Of a DNA stretch of 63,689 bases, positions 37,051 to 49,134 are shown piece by piece. This stretch comes from Perkinsus chesapeaki ATCC PRA-425. Lineage: Eukaryota; Protista; Perkinsozoa. The notes under the pieces were generated by a model. The model saw nothing but the letters and a program-made list of their open reading frames with translations. It ran no database searches and had not been told where the DNA came from. The stretch is taken from NCBI GenBank assembly GCA_013115145.1, contig JAAPAO010000142.1, forward strand, positions 1-63,689, given 5' to 3'. Numbering within the stretch: the stretch's first letter is position 1; each line of letters begins with the position of its first letter. The position numbers and the translations under genes are program-made.

Positions 37051-39503
37051 ATGGCCATTCAGCGAAATAAACGGAGGCGTCCGCAGCCGCCTACACCGTC
37101 TCCTGATGAAACAGGTGATCCCGTCCGAACTTTGGGATCCAATGCAATGATCAGGCTCTATCTCTTCCGATGATGAGGAGAACTTGCCCGCCCCTCCCAC
37201 CGATGACGAAGAGGACGATTTCTTCGCCCAGGAAACACCAGACGAGAAGCGTGTTCGACTGGCCAAAGCGTAGGGGACTTTTTGGATTAGCGAGTGACAT
37301 GGCCTAAGGTACCTGGCTGAGCTGGACGCAACACGAGGCAAGCCTGAAGAGGAAGCTGAATCGACGGCATCGGCGGACGAAGGTGACGACATCGACCGTA
37401 TGTTGAACGAAGAGCTGGTACTATATTGGGGGGACTTAGCGGAGGGAGCGGTATGGCTGTGTTAGAAAGTGAAATCTAAACGGCAAAGGTATAAGATAGC
37501 GGAGTCATTGCAAGTTAAAGAGGACAGCATAACATTCGCAAAAGGCCACAAGTGCTCCCCGACCTGTGTGGCAATGAACGCCGCTGAGGACCGGGCCTAC
37601 TCGGGTAGTAGCTCGTGAAGGTTAAATGCCGCCGCCCCATAGTCCTATTAGGTGGCATGGACTGTGCTATTATACAGTGGGACCTGGCCACTATGAAGAA
37701 GATAACAGTGTTCCCGGGCAATAGGAATGACTTCAAGTGTGGCGGACACTTTCAGAAGGGTAATCGACTCTGCCGTATTCCATCAAACTCGTCGACGTTG
37801 TTGTAGTTACCTCCGTCTGCACCGGAGACGCTGCCGGTCACCCGGAGCTGCTGTGCTCTGTTGGCGACGATAAGACTCTACTGCTTTGGGACATCAGATC
37901 ACCCAGTAAAGGAGCTGTAGTGATTACTGTTAATAGGCAAGGTGGTATGGATTGGTGATAGGTTCAACGTCTACTTGGTCATCAAAGCGGCATAGCATCG
38001 GTAGTGTGTGCTGAAGTGTCGGAGCAGGCTGGCGGGATGGGTGGTGCGCAGATGAGTTACTCTGGAGGGAAGGTACTATATGAAGGGCTGATGCACTTGC
38101 TGGATCGGACTGGGAGCAATTGGTCGACGTGGGCGAACGAATGCCACATAGCCGTTGTCAAACGCCAGTGGTCGAGCATTGTGGAACAGTCCCGCCATGG
38201 TAGATATTCACTCTTGGCGCGAAAGACAAGGCACTGAAGGTGTGGCATCTGGACTCGGTTTTCTCTGGACGATATGTCGACAGTCAATACGGTCATACTA
38301 ACAGCGGTACCTGTATGGATATCCTCCAAGGAGATAGGTGTGGAGCATGCTTGAAGCTAAGATATCATTACTTCTGGCGTAGGCCTGTCACCGGTGGAGC
38401 TGATGGGACTGTTCGTTACTGGAAGGTGGCCAACGATACCCATATGTTATTCAACGTCCATAAAAAGGAAGGTAGAAGTCGTGGGTTCAATCCGCGGTGG
38501 AGGCGTTTTTATACCTTGCAAATTCGTGAGGGCTCTCTGCCACTGTCCTTCTTGTTCAGGCTACGGTTCCGTTGATGCAGTATCGCTGCTTGACCCGGAG
38601 CATATCCTAGCAGGCGGCCAAGATGGAGAGCTGACTCTTTGGGCTACTAACAGTCGAAGACCTGTTGCTCGGGTAGAGGGTGCCCACAGTACCAGTAGAG
38701 CTAGAGAAGGTACCGGAGGAGGAGGCATGGATGTGTGGGTGGTTACTCTGCAATAGCAGGTGATAATAATGAGGATGATAGCGATGACGACGATGATGAG
38801 GACTTTGATTTCACGAAGGCAGCAGTAGCTCAGCCAACCGCTGATGGCAAAGCCGCTGCTGATCGTACAGTAGCGGCCCCTTGGGTGTCTTCACTGGCAT
38901 CTATCAGATGCAGTGATGTTGCCTTCTCTGGATCTGATGATGGGGTTATCAACGTCTGGAGTAATAACGTGGCGGGTTGGTAGTGTCGAGCGGCTGGTTG
39001 TTTCTTGTAAAGGGAGGGTATTGGCTGCTGATGGCTGTATTGGAATGCCTAGCCGAAGGATTCTCTAAATTTCGTGAACTTTGCAAAGAACTGCGTTCTA
39101 AAGACTTGTGTGGTTTGTTTTAAGGAGTATTGATGAAAATGATGCGTATTGGTTTCATACGGTATGAGCACGGTATGAGGATAGTAGTGGAGAGTATATT
39201 CCACGTACTAGTGTATAGTATCTTGGTCTCAGGAACCAGTGCTGCAGCGAAGGGTAAGATGAATCTAGATCTCGATAGGAGTATCAAGTTGCCTATCAAG
39301 GGTGGTTGGATCAATCAGCTTGCCGTCGGCAGCACTGGGCGGGTAAGCCCTTGGCGTTTGTACCTGACAAGGCATCTTGTGTTCAGGTTATGGTGGCAGC
39401 TATCGGTCGTAACCACCGTCTTGGCCGATGGGATACCAAGCCTGGTAGAGATGGCCTCGCCATTGTAAGGTTGGACCACAGCGGCCCGAGTCATACCATA
39501 TAG
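37051..39503 (+). CDS. RRP9: U3 snoRNP-associated WD40 protein (U3-55K), multi-exon
   Basis: ETPDEKRVRLAKAYLAEL, GHKCSPTCVA, WD repeats and IKGGWINQLAVG...IGRNHRLGRW C-terminus. Confidence 0.88.
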
Positions 39504-39678
39504 TGGCGCGCGGTCAGCTGCCGACCCTCATCAACGTACTGTTCCTTTTCACGTCCTACTCGACATTTACCACTAACGTATCGGCGGCTGGAGTCGCTCG
39601 GTTGCTTCCATAGTGGCTTTTGCCAGACCGTTGCGCTATGCCATGGGGCATCCTATAGTAGTTACTGTTTATCAATTT

Positions 39679-41858
39679 ATGGACTCTTCAATACCAACAG
39701 GGCCTCCGCCAGGCCTGGTGCCGCCACCACAGCAAGAGGCACCGAAGGAAGAGGCAGGGGAGAGCAAGAAGGAGAACAAGAAGCCTCGAGTGTGTCGGGA
39801 CTGGCGACGGACAGGCAAATGCCGCTTCGGCGACAAGTGCAAATTTGCCCATGTTAACGCGCCCGAGAAAAAAACGGAGAAGTCGGAGCCGGTGGAAGAA
39901 GAGCGACCGGCGAGGAAGGAGAAAAAGAGGCCGATTTGCCGGTACTATGCTGCTGGAAAGACTTGCAAATTCGGGGATAAGTGTCGATATCGGCATGAAT
40001 GCGTTGAGGAAGCGCAAGATAAGGCAAGTGAGCAAGTGAAGCCTATGCCGACTAGACTGGATGTGTCGGATAAGGAGCATGTAGTGAAGCTCGTGTCCGA
40101 TGGCTGGACTGTTGAAGAGGAGTTTATGAAGCTGGAAAGGATGTATAGGAATTCGGGCTACAAGAAGTCCGAGGGGGACGGTTTTGTCCGGGTGGATCTG
40201 GTGATGCAATGCACTGACCCGGACTTTAATAAAATGCTATATACTCCAGAAGGCATTCCGATGGCTGTGCTGCTTCCTCCAGCCTACACTGGTAGTGGGG
40301 AATACACGGAGGAGCTGAAGCTCATTGTGACAAAGATCAGCCCGAAAATGCCGAAGGCGGTGCGGATACTTCTGCCGGAGATTTTCGATAACTACTGTAA
40401 AGCTGTTGAGGCGCCGGTGAGCGTGTTCCGAGGCCTGCAGGGTGTAGAGAAATATATACCAAAGGTGTTCGAGGCTGCTGAAAAGAAGAAGGAAATTGGG
40501 GCGCTGACGAACGTACAGTGGGTGGAGTCCGAGAAGGAGAGGCTTGTCAAGGCTCTGGAGAAGTACTTCGAAGTTGATGTGGAAGATGGCAAATGGGAGA
40601 AGATATCAGATTATGTTGTCAGTCGAAGCGTGGAGGAATGCAAGGCTAAGTTTATAGCAATACGGCAGAGTTTAATCAAGGAGCAACAGCAGTATGAACA
40701 AGAGGAGGAGGAGGAGATATCTGACAGCGATGAGGAATCTTATTACAGTGATGATGAAGAAGAGGATGAGGAGTTGACGGATGATAATGCAGGGCAGGGC
40801 TGTGGGGGGCCGGATAATAGCTCTGAGGAGGCGGGTACGGAAAGCGATACCGACGAGCCTGGAGCGTTCACGGTTGATGATGTTAAACGGATAGGAGTGG
40901 TGGTAAAGCAGCCTCTGACGTCGATGACTGGCGTGTCGTTGGCCACCTGTGAATCTTGCGAAATTATTATTGCATGTAACCGATGCAGGAAGATGCGACC
41001 AATGGTGGTGGAGTTTGGGGAGGGTTCGGAACAGAGGGTCGTGAAGACAAGTGGAAGATGTCACACCTGCAGCCTTAGCAACACCATTTTCTCCGTACGC
41101 GAGCCGATGTTCCCGGGCAGCGACTTCACACTTTTCCGAGCAATTACGGAGTCGTGTACGATACTGCAAGTTGTGGAATGCACGCTTGAGATAAGATGCG
41201 AGGAATGCGATAAAGCAATACAGGCTCGGCATCTTAGAGCCGGCTACCGGAAGCAGGACAATTGTCAGGACTGCCACGCCAAGATGAACTTGGGCGTAGG
41301 ACAGCCCTCTGTGCCCAAGCCGGAGCATTTTATAGTTGCACCGGTAGTGAAGAAGACTCAGAAAAAGAAGCTGACTGACGATCCCAGGATAATTCCGGGT
41401 GAGTTGCGGTGTTGTGTTTTTGTGGTTCACTTTTCGTGGTCAGGAAAGCCTCTGCCCAAGAATGGTACTTGCAAGCATTACCGACATTCCTACCGATGGC
41501 TGCGGTTCCCGTGCTGTGGAATGGCCTATCCCTGCGATCAGTGTCATGACGCTGCATGGCCTGACCATCATGCCGTTTGGGCCAAGAGGATGATCTGCGG
41601 ATGGTGTGCAACAGAGCAGAACTTCGGGCCGGGCCCATGCCGGAAATGCGGCAAGCCGCTGAATAAAATCAGGACCAGGTAGGGGTTGGTAGGCGTTGGT
41701 GAAGGAGGTCCTTTGGCAGTCATTGGGAAGGCGGTGAAGGATGCCGTAACACCAGCGCTATGAGCAAGAATGATAAAAAGAAGTACGCTGGGAAGAACAA
41801 GACAATCAGTAGGAAGGCTGCAGCGGCTATCATGGCCGGCGGGAAAAAGAAGAAGTGA
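39679..41858 (+). CDS. 2x CCCH zinc finger + SANT/Myb + acidic tract + CHY-type zinc finger protein
   Basis: CRDWRRTGKCRFGDKCKFAH; CRYYAAGKTCKFGDKCRYRH; W..EKERLVKAL..WEKISDYVVSRSVEEC; CKHYRHSYRWLRFPCCGMAYPCDQCHD. Two 3' introns. Confidence 0.8.
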
Positions 41859-42550
41859 TGGCAGCGCAGTGTTTTCAAGTGTTATGGTATTGACCAGTTT
41901 CTCCATCTCAATGCTTTGATTTCCATGAGTGAAACATTCGGGGTATACCAGAACCGGTTGTCAATCTCTTCGCCTACCTGTCCAGTGCAAGTACGATACC
42001 GTGGTGAACATTGCTAAGCAGCAGTCTACATGCTGCACATGTCACCAACCTCTGCCATGAATCTTGAAGAAAGTCTATGCCACACAAACGCTGGTGAAAA
42101 CATTGCAATCTACCATGGGTATCCCTCGGGTGAAGTAGTTGGTCGAATAAGGACTTCTTTCGGAACACTGTGTAGAACTGAGAAAAGCTATCCATGCCAA
42201 AGGCGTGGTGTGGGTGCACACTGTATGGTATGCAGTATGAACTAAAATGAACCAAACCCCGGAAAAGGGGACGTGAATCGTCGATGCGGCGAATGGAGCT
42301 AGTATCACTGGAGATAAAGAAGGCCCCTCCTGGGAGAATCTTGACATGTGCGATGATCAAGTAAAAAGAACTCAACACGATCCGCACGCATGTAGCTGAC
42401 GCCAGCCGGCGGATTACTAAGATGGGGCATAGTGAGGACACTGATCAATGTTCAAAAGCTTTAATGACGTTAGCGACAAGATAGAGAGTATGAAGGAAAG
42501 CATGAGCGTTGCACATGAGAGGAATATAATAGCAAAAGGCATATAGCTCA

Positions 42551-43288
42551 TCACAAGGGAATCTGTAATTCTCTACTGAATAGTTCGTGCTCTGCTTCCT
42601 TATCGAATAATGGATGGTACCATCCACGGAACTTGGCCGAGGCTACAATCTCCCAGTTGAAGATAGAGTTATTTTGGGTATTCAGGGAGAGGTCGAGCCC
42701 AACCGCCAGTCCCAGGTTGTTGTCGTCACCAGTAGACTTTTCAAGAGATACGACAAAGCCAAGGTCATAATCTGGACCGAAATGAGCATCAATGGCATCA
42801 GATATGCTAACACCGACGCCTTCACCAAATATGATAGCTACCCCCGAGACACCAACTCCAAAACTAGCATGCCAATAACCAGTCTCGGTGTTTAGTTTAC
42901 CGATACCCTCAGGCAATGCCTCAAAGCAAAGCCCAACTGTTCCTTCCAATACATCGTCGAAGCCTTCTTTGACGATGTTAGCGCAACCACCCCCGGTGAG
43001 GTTGAGACCAGTTGGGGTCGAGCCGTCGAATGATGCTTGGAAGTTCACATGGGTGGACTTAGAGGTGTCTTCGGTGTCGAAGAGGTAGACCGACAGATCA
43101 AGATGAAGGCCTTCTGTGGCGTCCAAGCCACCGGTAACACAGAAGATTTCATCATCGGGCTTATGCTCGGGTGTGCAGTCCTTAGGGTAAATACTGGCGC
43201 TTAAGCGGTTGGGGGCGAGTCGCCTGGAAGGTTCACGAGCGGCAATGGCAAAGCATGCCACGGGTAGGGTTAGAATAACGGTCTTCAT
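42551..43288 (-). CDS. Secreted beta-rich hypothetical protein, family copy 1 (245 aa, intronless)
   Basis: ATG at 43288; signal peptide then REPSRRLAP; clearly paralogous to copies 2 and 3. Confidence 0.85.
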   Translation of the reverse strand: MKTVILTLPVACFAIAAREPSRRLAPNRLSASIYPKDCTPEHKPDDEIFCVTGGLDATEGLHLDLSVYLFDTEDTSKSTHVNFQASFDGSTPTGLNLTGGGCANIVKEGFDDVLEGTVGLCFEALPEGIGKLNTETGYWHASFGVGVSGVAIIFGEGVGVSISDAIDAHFGPDYDLGFVVSLEKSTGDDNNLGLAVGLDLSLNTQNNSIFNWEIVASAKFRGWYHPLFDKEAEHELFSRELQIPL

Positions 43289-44199
43289 GATGACACAACG
43301 CGTGATGATGAAAGATATACCTGCTCTGTTGGTCCCTGACCATTGTTCATGCGTGCAGCTGTAGCTAAGTGCATAAGCCATATAAACGGGATATCTTCGT
43401 TTCGATCGCGTACTACGTATGAAAATAGCAGCTACGCATGTATGACTCAGGCCTACCGTTCATCAGTCGAGCTAGTAGCGAGAACGCCGTCTCCCTGCTA
43501 TGCTCGGAGCAAGCGTATCTTAGATGGAGCCGCTCTATACCGAAACTTGTCGACGAACAATTGGCTTTCCATAGGTGTCTGTCAACTACATCAATTAACT
43601 GACCCATCGTCGTCGTATAAGTTGGACCATTGTGTAACCCTGGGCACACACTGTTATATTGCAACTCAGGCGGCCGTTCAGAACGGCCCGTTCTGTTTAG
43701 CCCACGAAATACATTGTCGCGTATGAGGTGCTAATCCACAGCTAACTCCACGAACCTAAATTCACCTAGTGGATATCACGAACCATACTTGTATGATTCA
43801 CTTTTGACGAGATGACGTTGCCACGAGAGACCCGAGCACACTTTGAACGGTAGGGCTGAGGGGTATGAGGCTCGCCAAGTGTAGGTGTGTTGCGCAGGAA
43901 TCTAGGAACTCCAGAGGACTTCAGCGTCAAGAACGAAAAACAGTATATCTGGTACGTCAGGGTTCGCCGACTATAACGTCTGGAGAAAACTCTCTCTGAG
44001 TCGGCTTTCCTTCCCTATATTTCGCGCGCATAGTTATGAGAGATAGATCCAGGCAAACCCTTCGATGAACATTTAGACTCAATGTTCATCAAAGGGTTGC
44101 CTGGATGATACTCAATGATTGAGTCTCTCGATCGAGATGAACTGTTGGATCGGCTCTCCCAACGAAATGAAGCCGTTGGTGGGATCATCGGCACCGCAC

Positions 44200-46272
44200 G
44201 CAGAACTGAGCTTTTTTAGAATTCATGTTTGAGGAACCATAGAGGGAGCCTGTATTCCAGCTGTTATCACGATTGTCTGCTCCCACGTTAGGAGAAGAAC
44301 CAAAAACTTGCTCTTCATGTCGAATGACTATCTCAGCAAGACTACAACTCAGCACTCTTGGGATAGGTTGAACTAACATCACTGAGCCCCATTCAGCGAA
44401 AGTTCATGGTATGGTATATAGAGAGATAACCTTACGAGCTCGATGAGATTTGCCCATCACAGAAGGCGAGGGTGTGGCAGCGAGCTGGGAGGGAGGTGTT
44501 CCTACCAACTCTAAGGACAAGAGAAGGGGTCAAAGTGAGACTTACCAACATCCTCGTGCAAAGTGCTAAAATCAACGTCATTTGAATCTTCATATCTCCG
44601 GACCTAACGTATGAAAGTAAGACAAGTTGTTCAGGGAAGCATACCAAATATCTAATAAACCTCCATAGACAAAACACGGACAGGACACATATTATGCCCA
44701 CAATCCATAAGCGAAGGCTCTCCCCTTCTCTCTGTGAAATGGCGCTATTGTACAAAGCTTGAAGCCGTTCATCTTGACCAGTACCTGGGAAAGGGCAGCT
44801 AGAAAGAGCCTTCGAGGCGGATCCCATACAGACAAGAAATCCATTCACTTCAAGACGTTCGATTCGGCAAAAGTCAATTGAAAGGTCAGAGTAGTTTCGA
44901 TGAGTGAAAGACAGTGAACAGATCTTTGCCGGGTACCTGGGCATAGTGAAAGGGGTGCATCACTCAGCATAAAGTTGGTCATGATCTTACCGTCGGGCAG
45001 GAGGATCTACCATGCACTTTAGCTCGCAAGTTACCTCTATCTCTGCCGTTTCCAGGCCAGTGCAATTCCTTAAAACGAGAGCTACCGGCACATAGAAATG
45101 TATCACTTACTCCAGCGGCCTCCACGGCATGCGGAAGGTGTTAGTACTTGGTAAGCCTTGACAAGTAGATATGTTGTACCTAGCCATATAGTAGACTTCA
45201 GATTATATTCAGCAGAAGGAAGAAGACCTAGGTGGATGGTGACAGTTAAGTCGTTCGACTATTCGTAGCCTTGAAACTCCGTGAATCTCCTTCGACTGCC
45301 GGCTCCTGAGGTTGAGTCTTCAAGTCTTAGCGGGCTGAATGCATACACCATTGCTTCAAAAAGGTTTAAAGCGCGATATTTGATAATGATTGAGAATAAG
45401 GCCGTAAGCTTCTCACTGTGATGTACAAGTCCTTCCCGGCCTGGATCCATTATGTGACGGAAAAGGGGTCTCTGGGAATTGAGTGATGTCTGTTGCGGGC
45501 GACCCTTCTTGACGAGGGCAGCGCAGTGGAACCTTACGTGGTATCGCAATGAGAGATATCTCGAGATGAGAAATAACCAACGTTTATTAGCTGCATCTGT
45601 GGTCTCCCCGAGTAGGTAGGATAACTATAAAGCTCATCCTGAAACCCCAAGTCACCTGCCCTGAAGACCGCACACCATTGATCATGGATACTGCGAAGCA
45701 CCTACGGCTTTGGCTCGGAAGAAGGAATCTGGCTCGTGGGCATGTAGATGTGACTCGTTGCAAAAAATCCTGCGAGTGTAAGTTACGTCCTAACTTGCTA
45801 AACATAGTACTGGTGACTAGCAAGTGACACAAGAACGTCATTTGTCAACGGTTGGAAGGAGCTAACTCGCACAAACCGCAGAGTAGAGCTGTTGGACACG
45901 AGATATTACTATGAACCTCGAGTGTCCAGATAACAACGCGGTAATGAGCAGAGAGGCCTCAACGGCTGTCACGCCCGGAGGAAAAGGGAAAGTAACGACA
46001 AAGCAGCGATTTCCCGTCTTATGGTAGTGAATGTGATGATTTCCCGTCTTATGGTAGTGAATGTGCTGATTTCCCATCAGTGTAATGAAAAGGTATTTCT
46101 CCTGGTCAGCAGAAGCCTGTACTGACTGCCCCAATCTCTCGCCATTCCTCGAATCGACTAGATATCTCATACAAGCTGGTAACATAAATCTCAAATACTG
46201 ACGGGACTTCACGTTACATCCAGAAAAGGCATCGAGTAGCCTCTCCCACAGAATGGAGAGCGTTTCAAGCAC
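44200..46272 (-). CDS. Possible multi-exon hypothetical membrane protein
   Basis: Exon-like segments and a hydrophobic LWIVGIICVLSVFCLW stretch; structure unresolved. Confidence 0.25.
46008..46075. repeat. 30-bp tandem duplication (about 2.3 copies)
   Basis: gatttcccgtcttatggtagtgaatgtg(a/c)t repeated. Confidence 0.85.
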
Positions 46273-47019
46273 GTCAAGGACATGTCATAGCTATGTATTC
46301 TCGCGAACCTTTCAAACGAAAGGCTCAGGGAAGGCTCTCAATTGTTGCCATAAGCGTGGCTATTTTGGTTTGTTTAGTGGTAGTCTACCCCTAGTAGATA
46401 CTCCTTGCCGATGCCACAGGTTGGCCCTATCATACCAATTGCACAACCGATCACAGCGTGTGCGCGAGTCGCGCAGCGCGACTCAGACGTGCTCGGCGGA
46501 GTACTGGGGCGGAGAAGTAATTGTTTCGATGGTTCGGAGTCGAAACACTGTAGACCTGAGTGAAGCTATTCATTCAGTGTGGGTGCACCTTGACGAGTGA
46601 ACGGAGATGAGTACTGGGAAGGACTCATATCCCGATGAGAGAAATACGAAGCAGCATTATCACATGGTCAGATCTCACTGTAGACGGGTTACTCGGCGAG
46701 AATCATTGTGTTTGCTGTGGTATGAGTAACAGAAACTCAACCCGAAAGGCATAAATCTAGTTAATACTGTCGTAGACAAGGATGCGGCCCAGTCGTGACA
46801 CAAGAACCTTACTGATGAACTTCACCTGGCCAAAAGCATTTATGACATAAATTGGAGCTGTACGACTGTATTGAATAACAACAATCGTGGAAAGTGCAGG
46901 GATTGGAAATGTGGCTACACAAGACTAGGGTCACGCACAAGGTTCAACAACGCTCGTGGGCATCTTGCCAAAGGTGACCTATCTCAAATATAAGACCCTT
47001 ATAACAATAGACAAACAGC

Positions 47020-47760
47020 TTATCTCAGCGGGATCTGGAATTCCCTATTGAATAGGACGTGCCTTGCTTCTTTATCGAAGAGTGGATGGAACCATCCACG
47101 CAACTTGGCAGTGGCGGCCAGCTCCCAGTTGAAGAGAGATCCATTTTGGGCATTCAGGGAGAGGTCGAGCCCAACCGCCAGTCCCTGGTTGTTATCGTCA
47201 CCAGTAGACTTCTCAAGAGATACGACAAAGCCAAGGTCATAATTTGGACCGGAATGAGCATCAATGGCATCAGATATGCTCACACCGACGTCTTCGCCAA
47301 ATATGGTAGCTGCCGCCGAGACACCAACTCCAACACTAGCATGCCAATAACCAGTCTCGGTGTTTAGTTTACCGATACCCTCAGGCAATGCCTCAAAGCA
47401 AAGCTCAACTGTGCCTTCCAATACACCGTCGAAGCCTTCCTTAACGACGTCAGCGCACCCACCTCCAGTAATGTTAAGCCCAGTTGGGGTTGACCGGTTG
47501 AACGATGCTTGAAGGTCTAAATGGGTGGACTTGGAGGTATCTTCCGCATCGAAGATGTTGACGGATAGATCGAGGCGAAGGCCTCCCGAGCCGTTCAGGT
47601 TGGCGGTAACACAGAAGATTTCGTCTTCAGGCTTCTGCTCCGGTGTACAACCCTCCGGGAAAGCTATGGTGGCCAAACGTCTTGGGGCGAGTAGCCTGGA
47701 AGGTTCACGAGCAGCAATACCAAAGCATGCTACGGCGATGAACAGACCCGGCAGTTTCAT
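47020..47760 (-). CDS. Secreted beta-rich hypothetical protein, family copy 2 (246 aa, intronless)
   Basis: ATG at 47760; signal peptide then REPSRLLAPRRLA. Confidence 0.85.
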   Translation of the reverse strand: MKLPGLFIAVACFGIAAREPSRLLAPRRLATIAFPEGCTPEQKPEDEIFCVTANLNGSGGLRLDLSVNIFDAEDTSKSTHLDLQASFNRSTPTGLNITGGGCADVVKEGFDGVLEGTVELCFEALPEGIGKLNTETGYWHASVGVGVSAAATIFGEDVGVSISDAIDAHSGPNYDLGFVVSLEKSTGDDNNQGLAVGLDLSLNAQNGSLFNWELAATAKLRGWFHPLFDKEARHVLFNREFQIPLR

Positions 47761-49134
47761 GGCAGCAAGTGCTATTCTGGAGAAGGGCTGATGTTTAAGG
47801 GCTGTCTTGGGGCAGGCGTGCAACTTTGGCTGTAGTTCGCTGCATACGCCGCCGGAAGCTTTACGAGCCGAAGCGCACTAGAAAGAGCCCCAATGACCTC
47901 GCGGAGCTTCGCCCTGAGTGGACTTCGGGCAGTATAAGTGTTACGCTATTCTGGAGAAGCAGAACACCATTCATACGAGTCTCGCTGGGAGGGCGGGAAG
48001 CGGCTGTTCCTATCATGAATAATGCTACTAGGCTGTGCTTAGAGTATGCTGGCCTGACCACAAGCTGCTTCTCTCTAATCTTGAGGCCGTCTCCCGCCTC
48101 CTACTAAATATATGCCATACTCTTATGACAGAGGTTAATGGGCGATGCATAAACAAATTCTATATAGCAGAGAGGTGGCGCGCGATCGCTAAGTTAGCTA
48201 TAGGGGCACACATGGCCCAGAGCAGCCTAGTGGCCCTTTTGTTTATCTGACCAATCCTTAATCTTCAATAATCAGAGTTCCGCGATTTCCTTCGCTAACT
48301 TCACTTCATTCGCTGACCAACTACCCCGTGGCCCCTATGCAGGGTGAGTAGGATAATCCTACTAGGATTCCTACTGTAGGAGATGGTAGACTCGTTATGA
48401 TGTCCGGGAGAGGCATACTGCTCGCTCAGCTTGTCAACCATACAGTAAAACGGATGTCTTCACTTCTACAGTAACATCAATCGGATACCGGACTTGACTC
48501 TCGAGGAATAGATAATCTACTGGCTCCAATAGAATAGCCAATGTACTCTTATGTGGTTCGAGGGACCAATAGATTCAAGCGGTTTTCGATCACCGATCGC
48601 ACCAGTACTACTGAGTCAGCCGACCCATCGGGATTATCTATAGTAAGAAAAGACTGAGCCATCGAGTCAATAGCTCGGTTGCCAACTGACCCAATCGCAT
48701 TGATAGGATTGGCGAGTACTCCCTTCGTGGCCCAAGGAAGAAGATGGTTGCCTACCGGTATATCGCGGCAGTAAGCGTTACATGTTTCAAATTCCGTGAT
48801 ATCGGTATCGCGGCGATACTATCACCCAAGCAAAACTCTGGTGCATCACTTCCACTACGGATTCCGCAGTAAGGGAAAGCGGCGTACTAACTCAATAAGC
48901 ACAGTTTAGTAGGTAGACTGACAAACTGACCAGCAACTGTGTCGTTACCAAGAAAAGGGTGAGCTATGACATCAGAACTTCTTCAAACAATAGTTGCCAA
49001 CTATAACGTTGGGGAAACAAACTAGCACACACTCAAATTGCACACCTTCAACGACTACACGAGATTGTCGATAACGCCAAATGTGTGGAAAATGAGTGTT
49101 ACATTACAGAAAAAATATGAGCTATGAGAGAGTA

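Noticed and set aside
36904-37392. 162-aa Ser-rich minus-strand ORF
   Set aside because: Antisense to the acidic N-terminus of RRP9.
40672-41430. 252-aa minus-strand ORF
   Set aside because: Antisense to the long exon of the CCCH/CHY gene.
41974-42441. 155-aa minus-strand ORF between the CHY gene and family copy 1
   Set aside because: May be an exon or gene remnant, but no family could be recognised, so no call was made.
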